Origin: an uncultured Moraxella sp.
GTDB lineage: Bacteria > Pseudomonadota > Gammaproteobacteria > Pseudomonadales > Moraxellaceae
NCBI GenBank assembly: GCA_943908405.1
Contig: CALTTE010000003.1
Coordinates: 2,685 to 66,684 of the forward strand
Reading direction: 5' to 3'
DNA: 64,000 nt
Position numbers and translations under genes: made by a program
Notes under the pieces: model-generated
Told to the model about the DNA's origin: nothing
The model's database searches: none
Seen by the model: only the letters and a program-made list of their open reading frames with translations
In this document: piece by piece, positions 1 to 10,475 of the stretch
How positions within the stretch are numbered: position 1 is the stretch's first letter
Layout: each line of letters opens with the position of its first letter

Positions 1-480
1 ATTGGTTCAAATGCCCAGCACGCTTTTTATCAATTGCTTCATCAAGGTACACAAAGGGTGTCTTGTGATTTTATTGCCAGCATTCGCCGTTATGATAGCA
101 CAGCCGATGGTTTTGGCACACAGCACCGCTTAAGTTTGGCCAATTGCTTGGCACAATCACAAGTGCTGGCGTTTGGTAATCAAGTGGCACAAAATGACCC
201 ACGAGGGCAATTTTTGCATTATCGGGGTAATCAGCCATCAACAACGCTACTACTGGACGAATTAAGTCCCCATCGTTTGGGGGCGTTGATTGCTCTTTAT
301 GAGCATAAAGTGTATGTGATGAGCGTGCTTTGGGACATCAACCCATTTGATCAGTGGGGGGTGGAGCTGGGCAAAGTGATGGCAAATCAGGTTTATGAGA
401 CGATGATGGGTGATTATAAGGCGGTGTTTGATAGCTCAACCACGGCTTTGATGGCACAAATTCAGCAAAAAGCAAATTAA
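1..480 (+). CDS. pgi: Glucose-6-phosphate isomerase, 3' part (truncated by the window start)
   Basis: Frame is open from base 1 ([17 protein letters not shown]); PGI motifs [16 protein letters not shown] and [13 protein letters not shown]. Confidence 0.96.
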   Translation: MGSNAQHAFYQLLHQGTQRVSCDFIASIRRYDSTADGFGTQHRLSLANCLAQSQVLAFGNQVAQNDPRGQFLHYRGNQPSTTLLLDELSPHRLGALIALYEHKVYVMSVLWDINPFDQWGVELGKVMANQVYETMMGDYKAVFDSSTTALMAQIQQKAN

Positions 481-629
481 GCAAAAGCGAATTAAATAAA
501 GCAAATTAAGCTTGGTTAATAATAGCAAGTCATTAAGCTAAAAAATTAAGCCAAAGCGATAAAAAAATAAATACAAAAAATAAATAACGCTTTCAATTAA
601 CCCTATTATTAAAATCGCTCATAGGAGAG

Positions 630-1952
630 ATGATGAATAACGTTTATTTGGTTGGATTGACTCACGAGACAATAAATAGTGCCATATTGCTTGCCAGTTT
701 GGATTATCAAGTGGTATTGGTAAGTAATCGTGATGTGGCTGATGCTTTTTTGGCGATTTATCATTTTGATAAACAGGTTAAAATGCTGTGGCAGTTTTAT
801 TGTGATGACAATAAAATTAGCATTGATGATACGCTAATGATTAACAATACCACCAATTATTCAAACAATCATTTAAATCATAATGCCTATCTAAATACAG
901 ACAATGTTAATGATTATTATCGTTCGGTTATCAATCGGGTATTTTGGTTATTTTTGGATGATAAAACAGCGATAAATTGGGTTAAAACGGCCTATTTTTT
1001 GCCAAGCGATACAGTGATTTTAAGTGGTAGCAATGACATTGGTTTTTTTGAGACGTTGGCCGATAAAATAATGAGCGTTTGGGTGTATTATTTGCCCTTT
1101 ATTTTTATGAAAGAGGGGGCGAATTTTAATAGCTTTTTTCATAGCGATTTGGTGTTGGTGGGTGAAAAAACGCCAAACAGTTATCATAAAATAGCAATTA
1201 TTGAATTTTTTATTAAGCATACGCAAAAATATTTTGTTGGCACAATCAAAACCATTGAATTTGGGCGAATTGCGATTATGGCAATGCTGGCGACACGGCT
1301 TAGTTTTATCAATGAGATGGCACGATTGGCGGACAGCCAAAATGTGGATATCAAAGCAATTGAACATTTGATGGGGCAAGATGTGCGTATTGGTGATAAG
1401 TATTTGCAGGCAGGTTGGGGGTTTGGGGGCAAAAGTTTGCCAGCCGAGTTATCAAGGCTGATGGGTGCTTTTGCTGATTGCCAAGTGGATACCATGCTTT
1501 TAAAGGCGGTATCGGCAATCAATGACGACCAAAAAGAGCTAATTTTTAGAAAATTTTGGCAATATTTTGATGGTGATATTGAATACAAAACAGTAATGAT
1601 TTGGGGGGCGGGCTATCGGGCAAAGGCAGGGCTCACAACCAACAGTGCCATTCATACCTTATTACCATTATTTTGGTCTTATGGCATTAAGACTCGATTA
1701 TACACCAAATACAGTAAAGACGATATCAAAAAACAGTATCAACATCAGCTATTAACCATCACTGACAACCCTTATGATTTAGATGGGATTGATGGGCTAT
1801 TTATTGTTAATATTAGCGATACTCAATTGATTGATATAGAGCGATTAAATAAAATAGCAATGCCAATTTTTGATGCCAAAAACAGCTTGACTAATACCCA
1901 AATCAATGAACTGTTTGGCTATTATGTGGGCATTGGTCGGCAAAAAATATAG
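630..1952 (+). CDS. ugd: UDP-glucose/GDP-mannose dehydrogenase family protein (divergent Ugd-like)
   Basis: MLATRLSFINEMA, DVRIGDKYLQAGWGFGG, INDDQKELIFRK and DAKN...GIGR match the central and C-terminal domains; lies between pgi and galE; GGAGA RBS. Confidence 0.8.
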   Translation: MMNNVYLVGLTHETINSAILLASLDYQVVLVSNRDVADAFLAIYHFDKQVKMLWQFYCDDNKISIDDTLMINNTTNYSNNHLNHNAYLNTDNVNDYYRSVINRVFWLFLDDKTAINWVKTAYFLPSDTVILSGSNDIGFFETLADKIMSVWVYYLPFIFMKEGANFNSFFHSDLVLVGEKTPNSYHKIAIIEFFIKHTQKYFVGTIKTIEFGRIAIMAMLATRLSFINEMARLADSQNVDIKAIEHLMGQDVRIGDKYLQAGWGFGGKSLPAELSRLMGAFADCQVDTMLLKAVSAINDDQKELIFRKFWQYFDGDIEYKTVMIWGAGYRAKAGLTTNSAIHTLLPLFWSYGIKTRLYTKYSKDDIKKQYQHQLLTITDNPYDLDGIDGLFIVNISDTQLIDIERLNKIAMPIFDAKNSLTNTQINELFGYYVGIGRQKI

Positions 1953-2221
1953 ATAATAAATATGGATAATGTTTTTTAAATAGATTGCTTTTGAGCAAGG
2001 TCTGTTATTAAAGACTGTTATTAAAGACTGTTATTAGCTGTTATTAAAATTTGATTAAATAACGATTTGTTGTGATAACATAATACAATTTAAATTTTTG
2101 CAATTTGGGTTTTTATAATTTAGGTTTTGTTATAATCATTGCTAATTTGGCGTTATCAATATTGGCTTTTGATAGTTTTAATTGATGGTTTTGATTGATA
2201 GTTTTTAATGGATAAAATATT

Positions 2222-3250
2222 ATGAATGATACTGGTAAAAAAGTGCTTGTCACTGGTGGTGCAGGTTATATTGGTTCGCATACACTAATAGAGCTGATTG
2301 AGACAGGTTTTGTGCCTGTGGTGCTTGATAATTTGTGCAATAGCAAGGCGATTGTTTTAGACAAAGTTGCTCAAATTACAGGGCAAACGGTGGATTTTGT
2401 TTTGGGTGATGTATTGGATAAGGCATTATTAACCGAGCTATTTGCCAAACATCATTTTGTGGCGGTAATACATTTTGCAGGGCTAAAGGCGGTGGCAGAG
2501 TCGGTGGCAATGCCGATGAGATATTATCAAAATAACGTCATAGGTACACTTGTGTTGCTTGACGTAATGCAAGCTTTTCAGGTCAAACAGTTGGTGTTTT
2601 CATCATCGGCAACGGTTTATGGCAACCCAAATCGCTTGCCAATTGATGAGACAATGGCGATTGCCCCAACCAATCCCTATGGGCAAACCAAGGCGATGGT
2701 TGAGACGATACTTGCCGATTTGGCTGATAGCGACAAAGATTGGCGAATTATTGCATTGCGTTATTTTAATCCGATTGGGGCTCATTATTCAGGGCTGATT
2801 GGTGAAGATCCAAACGATATTCCCAACAATTTAATGCCTTATGTCAGTCAGGTGGCGGTGGGCAATTTGCCGACATTGCAGATTTTTGGTGATGATTATG
2901 ATACTATTGATGGCACGGGGGTGCGTGATTATATCCACGTGGTGGATTTGGCACAAGGGCATATAGCGGCGCTTACGTATTTAAATAAAAATGATTGCTC
3001 GTTTTTGCCCATCAACTTGGGTACAGGTCAAGGGGTGTCGGTGTTGCAATTGGTGCATACTTTTGCTCAAACAACAAAAAGAAAGGTGGCATATACCATC
3101 ACCAATCGCCGAGCGGGCGATGTGGCAAAATGTTATGCCAGTGCCGAGCGTGCCAAAACAATGCTGGGCTGGCAAGCCAAAAAAACGCTGGCACAAATGT
3201 GCCAAGATACGTGGCGATGGCAACAAGCCAACCCCAATGGTTATCAATAA
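2222..3250 (+). CDS. galE: UDP-glucose 4-epimerase
   Basis: VTGGAGYIGSH, FSSSATVYG, YGQTK (YxxxK), LRYFNP, GVRDYIHV. Confidence 0.97.
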   Translation: MNDTGKKVLVTGGAGYIGSHTLIELIETGFVPVVLDNLCNSKAIVLDKVAQITGQTVDFVLGDVLDKALLTELFAKHHFVAVIHFAGLKAVAESVAMPMRYYQNNVIGTLVLLDVMQAFQVKQLVFSSSATVYGNPNRLPIDETMAIAPTNPYGQTKAMVETILADLADSDKDWRIIALRYFNPIGAHYSGLIGEDPNDIPNNLMPYVSQVAVGNLPTLQIFGDDYDTIDGTGVRDYIHVVDLAQGHIAALTYLNKNDCSFLPINLGTGQGVSVLQLVHTFAQTTKRKVAYTITNRRAGDVAKCYASAERAKTMLGWQAKKTLAQMCQDTWRWQQANPNGYQ

Positions 3251-3483
3251 TTATCTATTTGGTGTTTGGTTGGTTGGTATATGATATTTGGTACACCCAA
3301 ATCCAGTTTAAACGCTATCAATATCTAAACACCTAAGCCAACCAAATAGAGCAATCAAGTGCGGTAATAGGCATAGCAATGGGTGAGCAAACCAGCCTTC
3401 GTGCATTTAATAAAACAAATTAACCAATAACAACAATCTAAATCGCTGGCAATTAACACTGACAATCAATAAGGAGTAACACA

Positions 3484-4134
3484 ATGCAAACTCGCTGGGT
3501 TTTGGCAAGCAACAATCAAGGTAAATTGGCGGAATTTCAGTCGTTATTTGTGCCAATGGGGGTAGAATTTATCCCACAAGCAAGCTTAAATATCGCCGAT
3601 GTCAACGAAACAGGCACAACGTTTATTGAAAACGCCATCATCAAAGCCCGCCATGCCAGCCAACAAAGCGGATTACCTGCCATTGCCGATGACAGCGGAT
3701 TGTGTGTGCCGATTTTAAATAACGCCCCAGGGGTGCTATCGGCACGCTTTGCTGGCTCTATGACAGAGTATAAGGACGGTCTGAACAATGACCGTGCCAA
3801 CAATGACCGTGCTAATAACGCCAAACTGCAACAAATGTTATTGCCCTATCATCAACAAGGGCAAACGATAACGGCATTTTTTGTCTGTGTATTGGTGTTT
3901 TTGCGTACAAGCGACGATCCGTTGCCGATTATTGCTGAAGGGCATTGGTACGGACAAATTATTGCTGCCCCAAAAGGTGAACAAGGCTTTGGTTATGACC
4001 CTTTATTTTTGGTGCCAGACCTTGGCAAAACCGCCGCCGAGCTTGATACGGCAACCAAAAATGCCCTAAGCCACCGTGGGCAAGCAATGCAACAATTAAA
4101 ACAAAAGCTTGCCGTGCTTGGCATTGGGGTTTGA
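3484..4134 (+). CDS. rdgB: Non-canonical purine NTP pyrophosphatase (RdgB/Ham1)
   Basis: LASNNQGKL, ENAIIKA, ADDSGL, GFGYDPLF, KNALSHRG; AAGGAG RBS. Confidence 0.96.
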   Translation: MQTRWVLASNNQGKLAEFQSLFVPMGVEFIPQASLNIADVNETGTTFIENAIIKARHASQQSGLPAIADDSGLCVPILNNAPGVLSARFAGSMTEYKDGLNNDRANNDRANNAKLQQMLLPYHQQGQTITAFFVCVLVFLRTSDDPLPIIAEGHWYGQIIAAPKGEQGFGYDPLFLVPDLGKTAAELDTATKNALSHRGQAMQQLKQKLAVLGIGV

Positions 4135-4183
4135 TGTTGGGATTTGATACTGGGGCTTAAGGCTTGGTGTATACTGGGGTTAG

Positions 4184-4678
4184 TTAGGATTTAACGTATA
4201 ATAAATGAAACAATATCTGATAATAATACACCAATGCCAATAGCACAAGCACGCCTACCACGCCAAACAATAAGGCGGGTGTTGCATTGATATAAAACAA
4301 ATACTGGGCAAATAAGGCAAGTGCCAATAATACCAGTGCCAATTGATGGCGATAGCCAAAATCAGACTTGGGCTGATGGGCAGGATTGATGGCGGTGAGC
4401 TTAAATGACGCCAAAAACGCTCCCAAATTAGACGTTACAGCAACATAAAAAACAACCAAAACAATGGTTAAGGCGATAGGGGCGTCCCATAAATAGATAA
4501 ACACTTTTGCCAGCGATAAAAACACAAGTAGCCCCACCCAGAAATGAATGAGTGAGAAAATCAAAGGTGTGGCTTGTTGTTTTTGTATTATATGATTGGA
4601 TTCATCGCTATTGCGATGGCTAAAATGATAATTGCCTAAGCTAAAGATGGGGGCTTGGTTTATTTTTTTGTGCTTCAT
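4184..4678 (-). CDS. Hypothetical inner-membrane protein (about 4 TM segments)
   Basis: 164-aa ORF with four hydrophobic stretches, filling the gap between rdgB and tig; no family recognised. Confidence 0.6.
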   Translation of the reverse strand: MKHKKINQAPIFSLGNYHFSHRNSDESNHIIQKQQATPLIFSLIHFWVGLLVFLSLAKVFIYLWDAPIALTIVLVVFYVAVTSNLGAFLASFKLTAINPAHQPKSDFGYRHQLALVLLALALFAQYLFYINATPALLFGVVGVLVLLALVYYYQILFHLLYVKS

Positions 4679-4993
4679 TGTTTTGCTACCATATTTAATA
4701 ACAACCCCTTTGGAGGTTGTTTACTTATGTTGTTGAATTATTCAGTCATCCACTGACGCATCAAGCATTGAGGCATATTTTTGGTTTTTTAGTCCTGCAT
4801 TTTCTAAACTAATAAAAATAATTCTCTATTTTTTAATGTAGAAAATCAAATGATTTTTTGTTATTTATTGTAAATAAATTTTAAGTAATGTAATAAAAAA
4901 GAGATTTATGATTTATTTTATATAGATATTTAATTTGGATGTGTTTGAGTGCTTGAATACTGGCAAGGCGAATGCTGGTTGCAATAATGCTGG

Positions 4994-5022
4994 TTGTAAT
5001 TTTGGCAAATTTTGGTTATACT
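4994..5022 (+). promoter_or_regulatory. Putative sigma70 promoter of tig
   Basis: TTGTAA-N17-TATACT. Confidence 0.55.
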
Positions 5023-5167
5023 GTTTGCCTTTTAGGCTTGTTTAAGCTTAAGCGTTTGACGCCTCCTTTTTTAAGTGGCTGTTTAGCTGGCAGTCTTAAA
5101 TCCATCATTTTTAACCCTTAAGTTTTTAACCCTTAATTTTTTAAACCAGTCAAATAAAGGTGTGATT

Positions 5168-6502
5168 ATGAGTAATTTGCAAAGTACCATCAATGTTGTG
5201 TCGGACACAAAAACCGAGCTTAACGTCAAAGTGCCTGTTGATGTGATCCAAAAACGTGTAGAATCTCGCATTCGCCAAGTGGCAAAAACCGCCAAAATTG
5301 ACGGTTTTCGTAAAGGTAAAGTACCTGTATCTTATATACGCACGCAGTTTGGGGCAGGCATTCAGCAAGAGGTGATTAACGATACCATCAGAGATACTGT
5401 TTTTGATGTATTAAACGAGCAAAAAGTGCGTGCCGTGGGTGTGCCAAGTATTGATGATGTCAAGCTTGAAAATGAGTTTTTGGTGTATCAAGCCACCGTT
5501 GAGACAATGCCAAAAGTACAAATACAAGGCTTGAGCGAGATGGAGATTGAGCGTCAAACCGCCGATGTTTCCGATGATGATGTGGATGTGATGATTGAAA
5601 ATTTACAAAAACAGCGTCAAACATTTGAGCCAAAAGACGGTGAGCTTGAGGACGGCGACCAAGCCATTTTTGACTTTGAAGGCACGATTGATGGCGAAAA
5701 ATTTGAAGGAGGCAGTGCCAGCGATTACACCCTAATCATCGGCTCAAATCGTATGATTAAAGGCTTTGAAGAGCAAATGAAAGGTATGAAACCAAACGAA
5801 GAGCGTACCATTACCGTAACTTTCCCAGAAGATTATCAAGCTGAGCAACTAAGAGGGAAAGAGGCTCAATTTGCCATTACATTAAAGCAAGCCAAAGCCC
5901 CAAAATTGCCAGAATTAAATGAAGAATTTTTTGAATTGTTTGGCATTAGTGAAGGCGGTTTGGATAAGCTAAAAGCCGATGTGCGTAAAAATATGGAGCG
6001 TGAGATTAAAAATGCTGCACGCAATCAAGCAAAACAAGCAGCCTTTGATGCATTGCTTGAAAAAAATGAATTTGATGTACCAAAAGTAATGCTAGCCCAA
6101 GAGATTGACCGCCAAAGAGGGCTAATGCTTAGACGCTTTGCCGAGCAGTTTGGAGCAGACCCTAAAAACTTTGATAAAGAGATGTTGCCTGATGAGCTAT
6201 TTGAAGAGCAAGCCTTGCGTTCTGCTCGTTTGGCAATCTTGATTGGGCGTATCATTGACGAACAAAATATCACCATTGACCAAGAGCGGGTGAAAAACTT
6301 TATTAGTGAAGCGGCGGAAAACTATGAAGACCCCGAAGAGGTTATTGAGTTTTATAGCAACGACAAAAACCAACGGGCAGGTATTGAGGCGGTGGTTCTA
6401 GAAGACCAAGTGGTGGATTATTTATTGAGTCAAGCCAAAGTAAATGACAAACAAGTCAAATACCAAGAATTGCTTGCTGCTGCCCAACAATCAGCAATGT
6501 AA
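5168..6502 (+). CDS. tig: Trigger factor
   Basis: Ribosome-binding motif GFRKGKVP, FKBP domain (FDFEGTIDGEKFEGG), upstream of clpPX. Confidence 0.97.
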   Translation: MSNLQSTINVVSDTKTELNVKVPVDVIQKRVESRIRQVAKTAKIDGFRKGKVPVSYIRTQFGAGIQQEVINDTIRDTVFDVLNEQKVRAVGVPSIDDVKLENEFLVYQATVETMPKVQIQGLSEMEIERQTADVSDDDVDVMIENLQKQRQTFEPKDGELEDGDQAIFDFEGTIDGEKFEGGSASDYTLIIGSNRMIKGFEEQMKGMKPNEERTITVTFPEDYQAEQLRGKEAQFAITLKQAKAPKLPELNEEFFELFGISEGGLDKLKADVRKNMEREIKNAARNQAKQAAFDALLEKNEFDVPKVMLAQEIDRQRGLMLRRFAEQFGADPKNFDKEMLPDELFEEQALRSARLAILIGRIIDEQNITIDQERVKNFISEAAENYEDPEEVIEFYSNDKNQRAGIEAVVLEDQVVDYLLSQAKVNDKQVKYQELLAAAQQSAM

Positions 6503-6901
6503 AACGGCATTTGTGTTTAAATAGAGTATTGAATGGAGTTAAGCGCAGAGCTAAGCGTATAAAGCACTGCCCCAAAGTTAATTTTTGGGATATTGCTTGA
6601 TTAGCCGTTTTGCTTAATTAGCTCTTTTGATTTGGCAAATGCTGTTTTGTTTGATAAGCTATTTGTTTGACAATTGTAGATAAAATATTTAAGTTTTAGT
6701 ATTTGTTTTAGGTATGTTTAGGTAAGTCCTTGTTTAAATTCGTTTTTTTAAATTTGTTTTTTAAATAAGGTTTTGATCTAAACATAAATTTTAAATAAAA
6801 CATTAAATAAAACATAAATTTAAAACCAAATACGCTTAAAGCACCTAAGCCATCGGTTATAACAATCTAATTAGTTATAATGACCATAAAAAGCGATTTG
6901 G

Positions 6902-7017
6902 TTTTTAACTTGATTTTTAACTTAATTTTTAACTTGATTTTTTAACTTAATTTTTAACTTGGTTTAATGTCGTTATTATCAATCAAGATGGGCTAACGTG
7001 CAAGATGGGCTAACGTG
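6902..7017. repeat. Tandem repeats upstream of clpP
   Basis: About 5 copies of a ~12-bp TTTTTAACTT(G/A)A unit (6902-6961) and 2 exact copies of CAAGATGGGCTAACGTG (6984-7017). Confidence 0.85.
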
Positions 7018-7074
7018 GTAATAATAACCAAGGCTGTTATTGCGTATTTTTTATAATTTTTTTAAGGACAATCA

Positions 7075-7725
7075 ATGAAGCATAATCCTTTTTATGACCA
7101 ATTAAGCGATGCTTTTCACACCCAAAACGCCCTAGTGCCAATGGTGATTGAACAATCTGGGCGTGGCGAACGCTCTTTTGATATATTCTCACGCTTGCTA
7201 CGTGAGCGGGTTATCTTTTTGACAGGGCAGGTTGAGGATACAATGGCGAATTTGATTGTCGCCCAATTATTGTTTTTGGAAGCAGAAAACCCTGAAAAAG
7301 ATGTGCATTTGTATATCAATTCTCCAGGTGGGGTGGTAACAGCGGGTATGGCAATTTATGACACAATGAATTTTATTCGCCCTGATGTATCAACCATTTG
7401 TATGGGTCAAGCGGCGAGTATGGGGTCGTTTTTGTTGTCAGCAGGTGAAAAGGGTAAGCGTTACGCCCTTGCTAACTCACGCATTATGATTCATCAGCCG
7501 TTGGGTGGGTTCCGTGGACAAGCATCTGACATTGAGATTCACGCTCGTGAAATTATTGCTCTAAAAGCCAAATTAAACGGCTTGCTTGCTGAGCATACAG
7601 GGCAACCGATTGAGCGAATTGAAAAAGATACCGACCGTGATAATTTTATGAGTGCCGAGTCTGCCAAAACTTATGGGCTGGTTGATACCGTGTTAGAAAA
7701 GCGTCCAAAGGCACTCAAGGTTTAA
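7075..7725 (+). CDS. clpP: ATP-dependent Clp protease proteolytic subunit
   Basis: [25 protein letters not shown] (catalytic Ser), [13 protein letters not shown]. Confidence 0.98.
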   Translation: MKHNPFYDQLSDAFHTQNALVPMVIEQSGRGERSFDIFSRLLRERVIFLTGQVEDTMANLIVAQLLFLEAENPEKDVHLYINSPGGVVTAGMAIYDTMNFIRPDVSTICMGQAASMGSFLLSAGEKGKRYALANSRIMIHQPLGGFRGQASDIEIHAREIIALKAKLNGLLAEHTGQPIERIEKDTDRDNFMSAESAKTYGLVDTVLEKRPKALKV

Positions 7726-7734
7726 GGAGTTTTT

Positions 7735-8991
7735 ATGAGTGATGAATATTGCTCTTTTTGTGGTAAGCACGAAGATGATGTTAAGCGTTTGATTGCTGGT
7801 ACTGATGCCAATATTTGTAATGAGTGCATTGAGATGGCGAGTGATTTGCTTGACAATACCGCTTATGATGACAGCGATGACAATGAGGCGATTGATGGTG
7901 AGGTATGGGCAAACAAAAAACTACCAACACCCAAGCAAATCCGTGAGCATTTGGACAGCTATGTTATCGGTCAAGATACTGCCAAAAAAACGCTGGCAGT
8001 GGCGGTGTATAACCATTACAAACGCTTAAAAGTGAGCGATAAATTAGCCAATGAAAGCAGAACACGCAGTGAGACGATGGTTGAGCTTGCCAAAAGTAAT
8101 GTGCTGTTGATTGGACCGACTGGCTCTGGCAAAACGTTGTTGGCACAAACATTGGCAAGAATGCTTGATGTGCCATTTGCGATGGCAGATGCAACCACCT
8201 TAACCGAGGCTGGCTATGTTGGCGAGGACGTGGAAAATATCATTCAAAAATTGCTCCAAGCGGCCGATTTTGATGTGCAAAAAACCGAGCGAGGCATTGT
8301 TTATATTGATGAGATTGACAAAATTTCTCGCAAAACAAGCAATCCGTCAATTACTCGTGATGTCTCAGGTGAGGGTGTACAACAGGCATTATTAAAACTG
8401 ATTGAAGGTACGGTTGCCAATATTCCCCCACAAGGAGGGCGTAAACACCCACGCCAAGAAAATATTCAGGTAGATACCAGCAATATTTTGGTGATTGTTG
8501 GTGGGGCATTTGCAGGGCTTGAGCGAGTGATTACCGAGCGTAGTGAAAAAACAGGCATTGGCTTTGGGGCTGATGTTAAAGCCAAATCAGATGCCAATAT
8601 TGGGGAGATTTTTCGTGAGGTAGAGCCTGAGGATTTGATTAAATTTGGACTAATCCCTGAGCTTATCGGACGTTTGCCTGTCATAGCCACCTTAGAGGAG
8701 CTGAGCGAAGAGGCATTGGTGCAGATTTTGACCGAACCAAAAAACGCCTTGGTAAAGCAATATCAGTATTTATTTGCGATGGAAGGGGCAAGCTTGCAAT
8801 TTGATGATGAGGCATTGGTAGCGATAGCCAAACAAGCCTTAGCACGCAAAACAGGGGCAAGGGGGCTACGTTCTATTATTGAAAATGCTTTGCTGGATAC
8901 GATGTATGAGTTGCCTTCTGAAGAGACACCAAAGACGGTTACCGTTACTCGTGAAGTCATTGAAAACAAAGAAAAACCTGTTATTGTGTGA
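7735..8991 (+). CDS. clpX: ATP-dependent Clp protease ATP-binding subunit
   Basis: C4 zinc finger (CSFC...CNEC), Walker [25 protein letters not shown] loop, GARGLR. Confidence 0.98.
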   Translation: MSDEYCSFCGKHEDDVKRLIAGTDANICNECIEMASDLLDNTAYDDSDDNEAIDGEVWANKKLPTPKQIREHLDSYVIGQDTAKKTLAVAVYNHYKRLKVSDKLANESRTRSETMVELAKSNVLLIGPTGSGKTLLAQTLARMLDVPFAMADATTLTEAGYVGEDVENIIQKLLQAADFDVQKTERGIVYIDEIDKISRKTSNPSITRDVSGEGVQQALLKLIEGTVANIPPQGGRKHPRQENIQVDTSNILVIVGGAFAGLERVITERSEKTGIGFGADVKAKSDANIGEIFREVEPEDLIKFGLIPELIGRLPVIATLEELSEEALVQILTEPKNALVKQYQYLFAMEGASLQFDDEALVAIAKQALARKTGARGLRSIIENALLDTMYELPSEETPKTVTVTREVIENKEKPVIV

Positions 8992-9104
8992 TTTATTGGT
9001 TTTAATTGATAATGTGTTAATTTTAGATGTGCTATTGATTGAGCCAATTGATGAAAAAATCTTGCTGTGCAAAAGATGACATCAACTGATAATAGCATTA
9101 AATA

Positions 9105-9138
9105 AAAAACCACTTGGATTAACGTCTAAGTGGTTTTT
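9105..9138 (+). terminator. Intrinsic terminator after clpX
   Basis: AAAAACCACTTGGA / TCTAAGTGGTTTTT inverted repeat. Confidence 0.75.
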
Positions 9139-9243
9139 GTTTTAAAAAGCGTCAAAGCTGTTGGGGTAAGTGATTTGATTGTTGGTGAAACAGTGGGTCT
9201 TTTGAGTGTTTTTAGCAAATCTTAGTAATTTTTTGTAAGAAAT

Positions 9244-9267
9244 ATGATTGATAATCATTTTTATCAA
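9244..9267. promoter_or_regulatory. Putative Fur box upstream of efeO
   Basis: ATGATTGATAATCATTTTT matches 13/19 of GATAATGATAATCATTATC; inverted repeat TTGATAA...TTATCAA; followed by duplicated TATAAT -10 elements; upstream of iron-uptake genes. Confidence 0.7.
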
Positions 9268-9401
9268 GCGTATAATACAAGCGTATAATAAATTGGTGTA
9301 GGTTGTGGATGTTTAAAAATATTGGGTGGTTTTAAAAATCGCTTTGTATTTATTAGGCTTATAAGTAAGAGATTTATTGACAGTTTTATTTTGCTAATTT
9401 T

Positions 9402-10304
9402 ATGAGGTTTTTTATGATATATCGCCACTTTTTATTGATTATAATTTTGGCATTAACGCTGAGTGCCTGCCAAAAGCCTACGGATACAGCCTCTGCTGAT
9501 GTAGCCAGTTTAAGTGATGTCTCTGTCATTACTGATGGTTCGGTTGTTGGCGATGGTTCTGTAGTTTCTGGTGCGACCGTAGATTTATCCGCTGAGACTG
9601 AGCAGTACCGTGCTTGGGTTGAAGGGCAGATTGAAGCGTTGCTTGTTGGTACACAAGATTTTGTTGATGCCTTAAAAGCAGGTGATGTTGCCAAAGCCAA
9701 GCAATTGTATCCTGTGGTGCGAATGAATTTTGAACGCAGTGAGCCAATTGCTGAAAGTTTTGGTGATTTGGATCCACGCCTTGATAATCGTGAGGCAGAT
9801 CTTGAGGTGGGTGAAAACTGGACAGGTTTTCACGCCATTGAAAAAATTCTTTGGGAGCAAAATACAACCAAGGGGACAGAGCAACTTGCTGAACAATTGC
9901 TTGCCGATGTCAAAGAACTGCACGCCAAATTACCGACTGCTGAAGTAACGGGCGAGCTGATGGTGCAAGGTGCGGTAGATTTATTAAACGAGGTTTCCAC
10001 AAGTAAAATCACAGGTGAAGAAGAGATTTTCTCTAAAACGGATTTGTATGATTTTAAAGCCAATGTAGAAGGGGCAGAAAAAATTTTTGAAATTTTAAAA
10101 CCCAAACTGACTGCCAAAGACCCAGCATTGGTGGCAACGCTTGAACAGCGATTTTCAGCGGTGGATACGTTGCTAGATAGCCATAAAGATGGTGATGGCT
10201 ATGTGTCTTATGACAAATTAAGTGCTGATGACACTAAGGCTTTGGGTGAAGCGGTTAATAAATTAGCAGAACCGTTGGCACAAATGGGTGTTATTTTGGC
10301 TTAA
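9402..10304 (+). CDS. efeO: Iron uptake lipoprotein EfeO/EfeM (imelysin/M75 domain only); start may be the ATG at 9414
   Basis: Lipobox LSAC; FERSEPIAE, WTGFHAIEK (HxxE), KITGEEE, TDLYDFKANVEG. Confidence 0.92.
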   Translation: MRFFMIYRHFLLIIILALTLSACQKPTDTASADVASLSDVSVITDGSVVGDGSVVSGATVDLSAETEQYRAWVEGQIEALLVGTQDFVDALKAGDVAKAKQLYPVVRMNFERSEPIAESFGDLDPRLDNREADLEVGENWTGFHAIEKILWEQNTTKGTEQLAEQLLADVKELHAKLPTAEVTGELMVQGAVDLLNEVSTSKITGEEEIFSKTDLYDFKANVEGAEKIFEILKPKLTAKDPALVATLEQRFSAVDTLLDSHKDGDGYVSYDKLSADDTKALGEAVNKLAEPLAQMGVILA

Positions 10305-10475
10305 ATTCTTAAGCTAACAATACAAGCTAACAGTACTCAAGCTAACATGCCAATTTAAGCTGGCTTAAGTCTGTTTCAACTTAACTGATATTTTAAGTTT
10401 AAGCTTAAATTGACTTGGCTATAAGTGGGTTAAAAGACGATTAAGTGGTGGGTGATTTTATTGGGGAGTGGCGAT

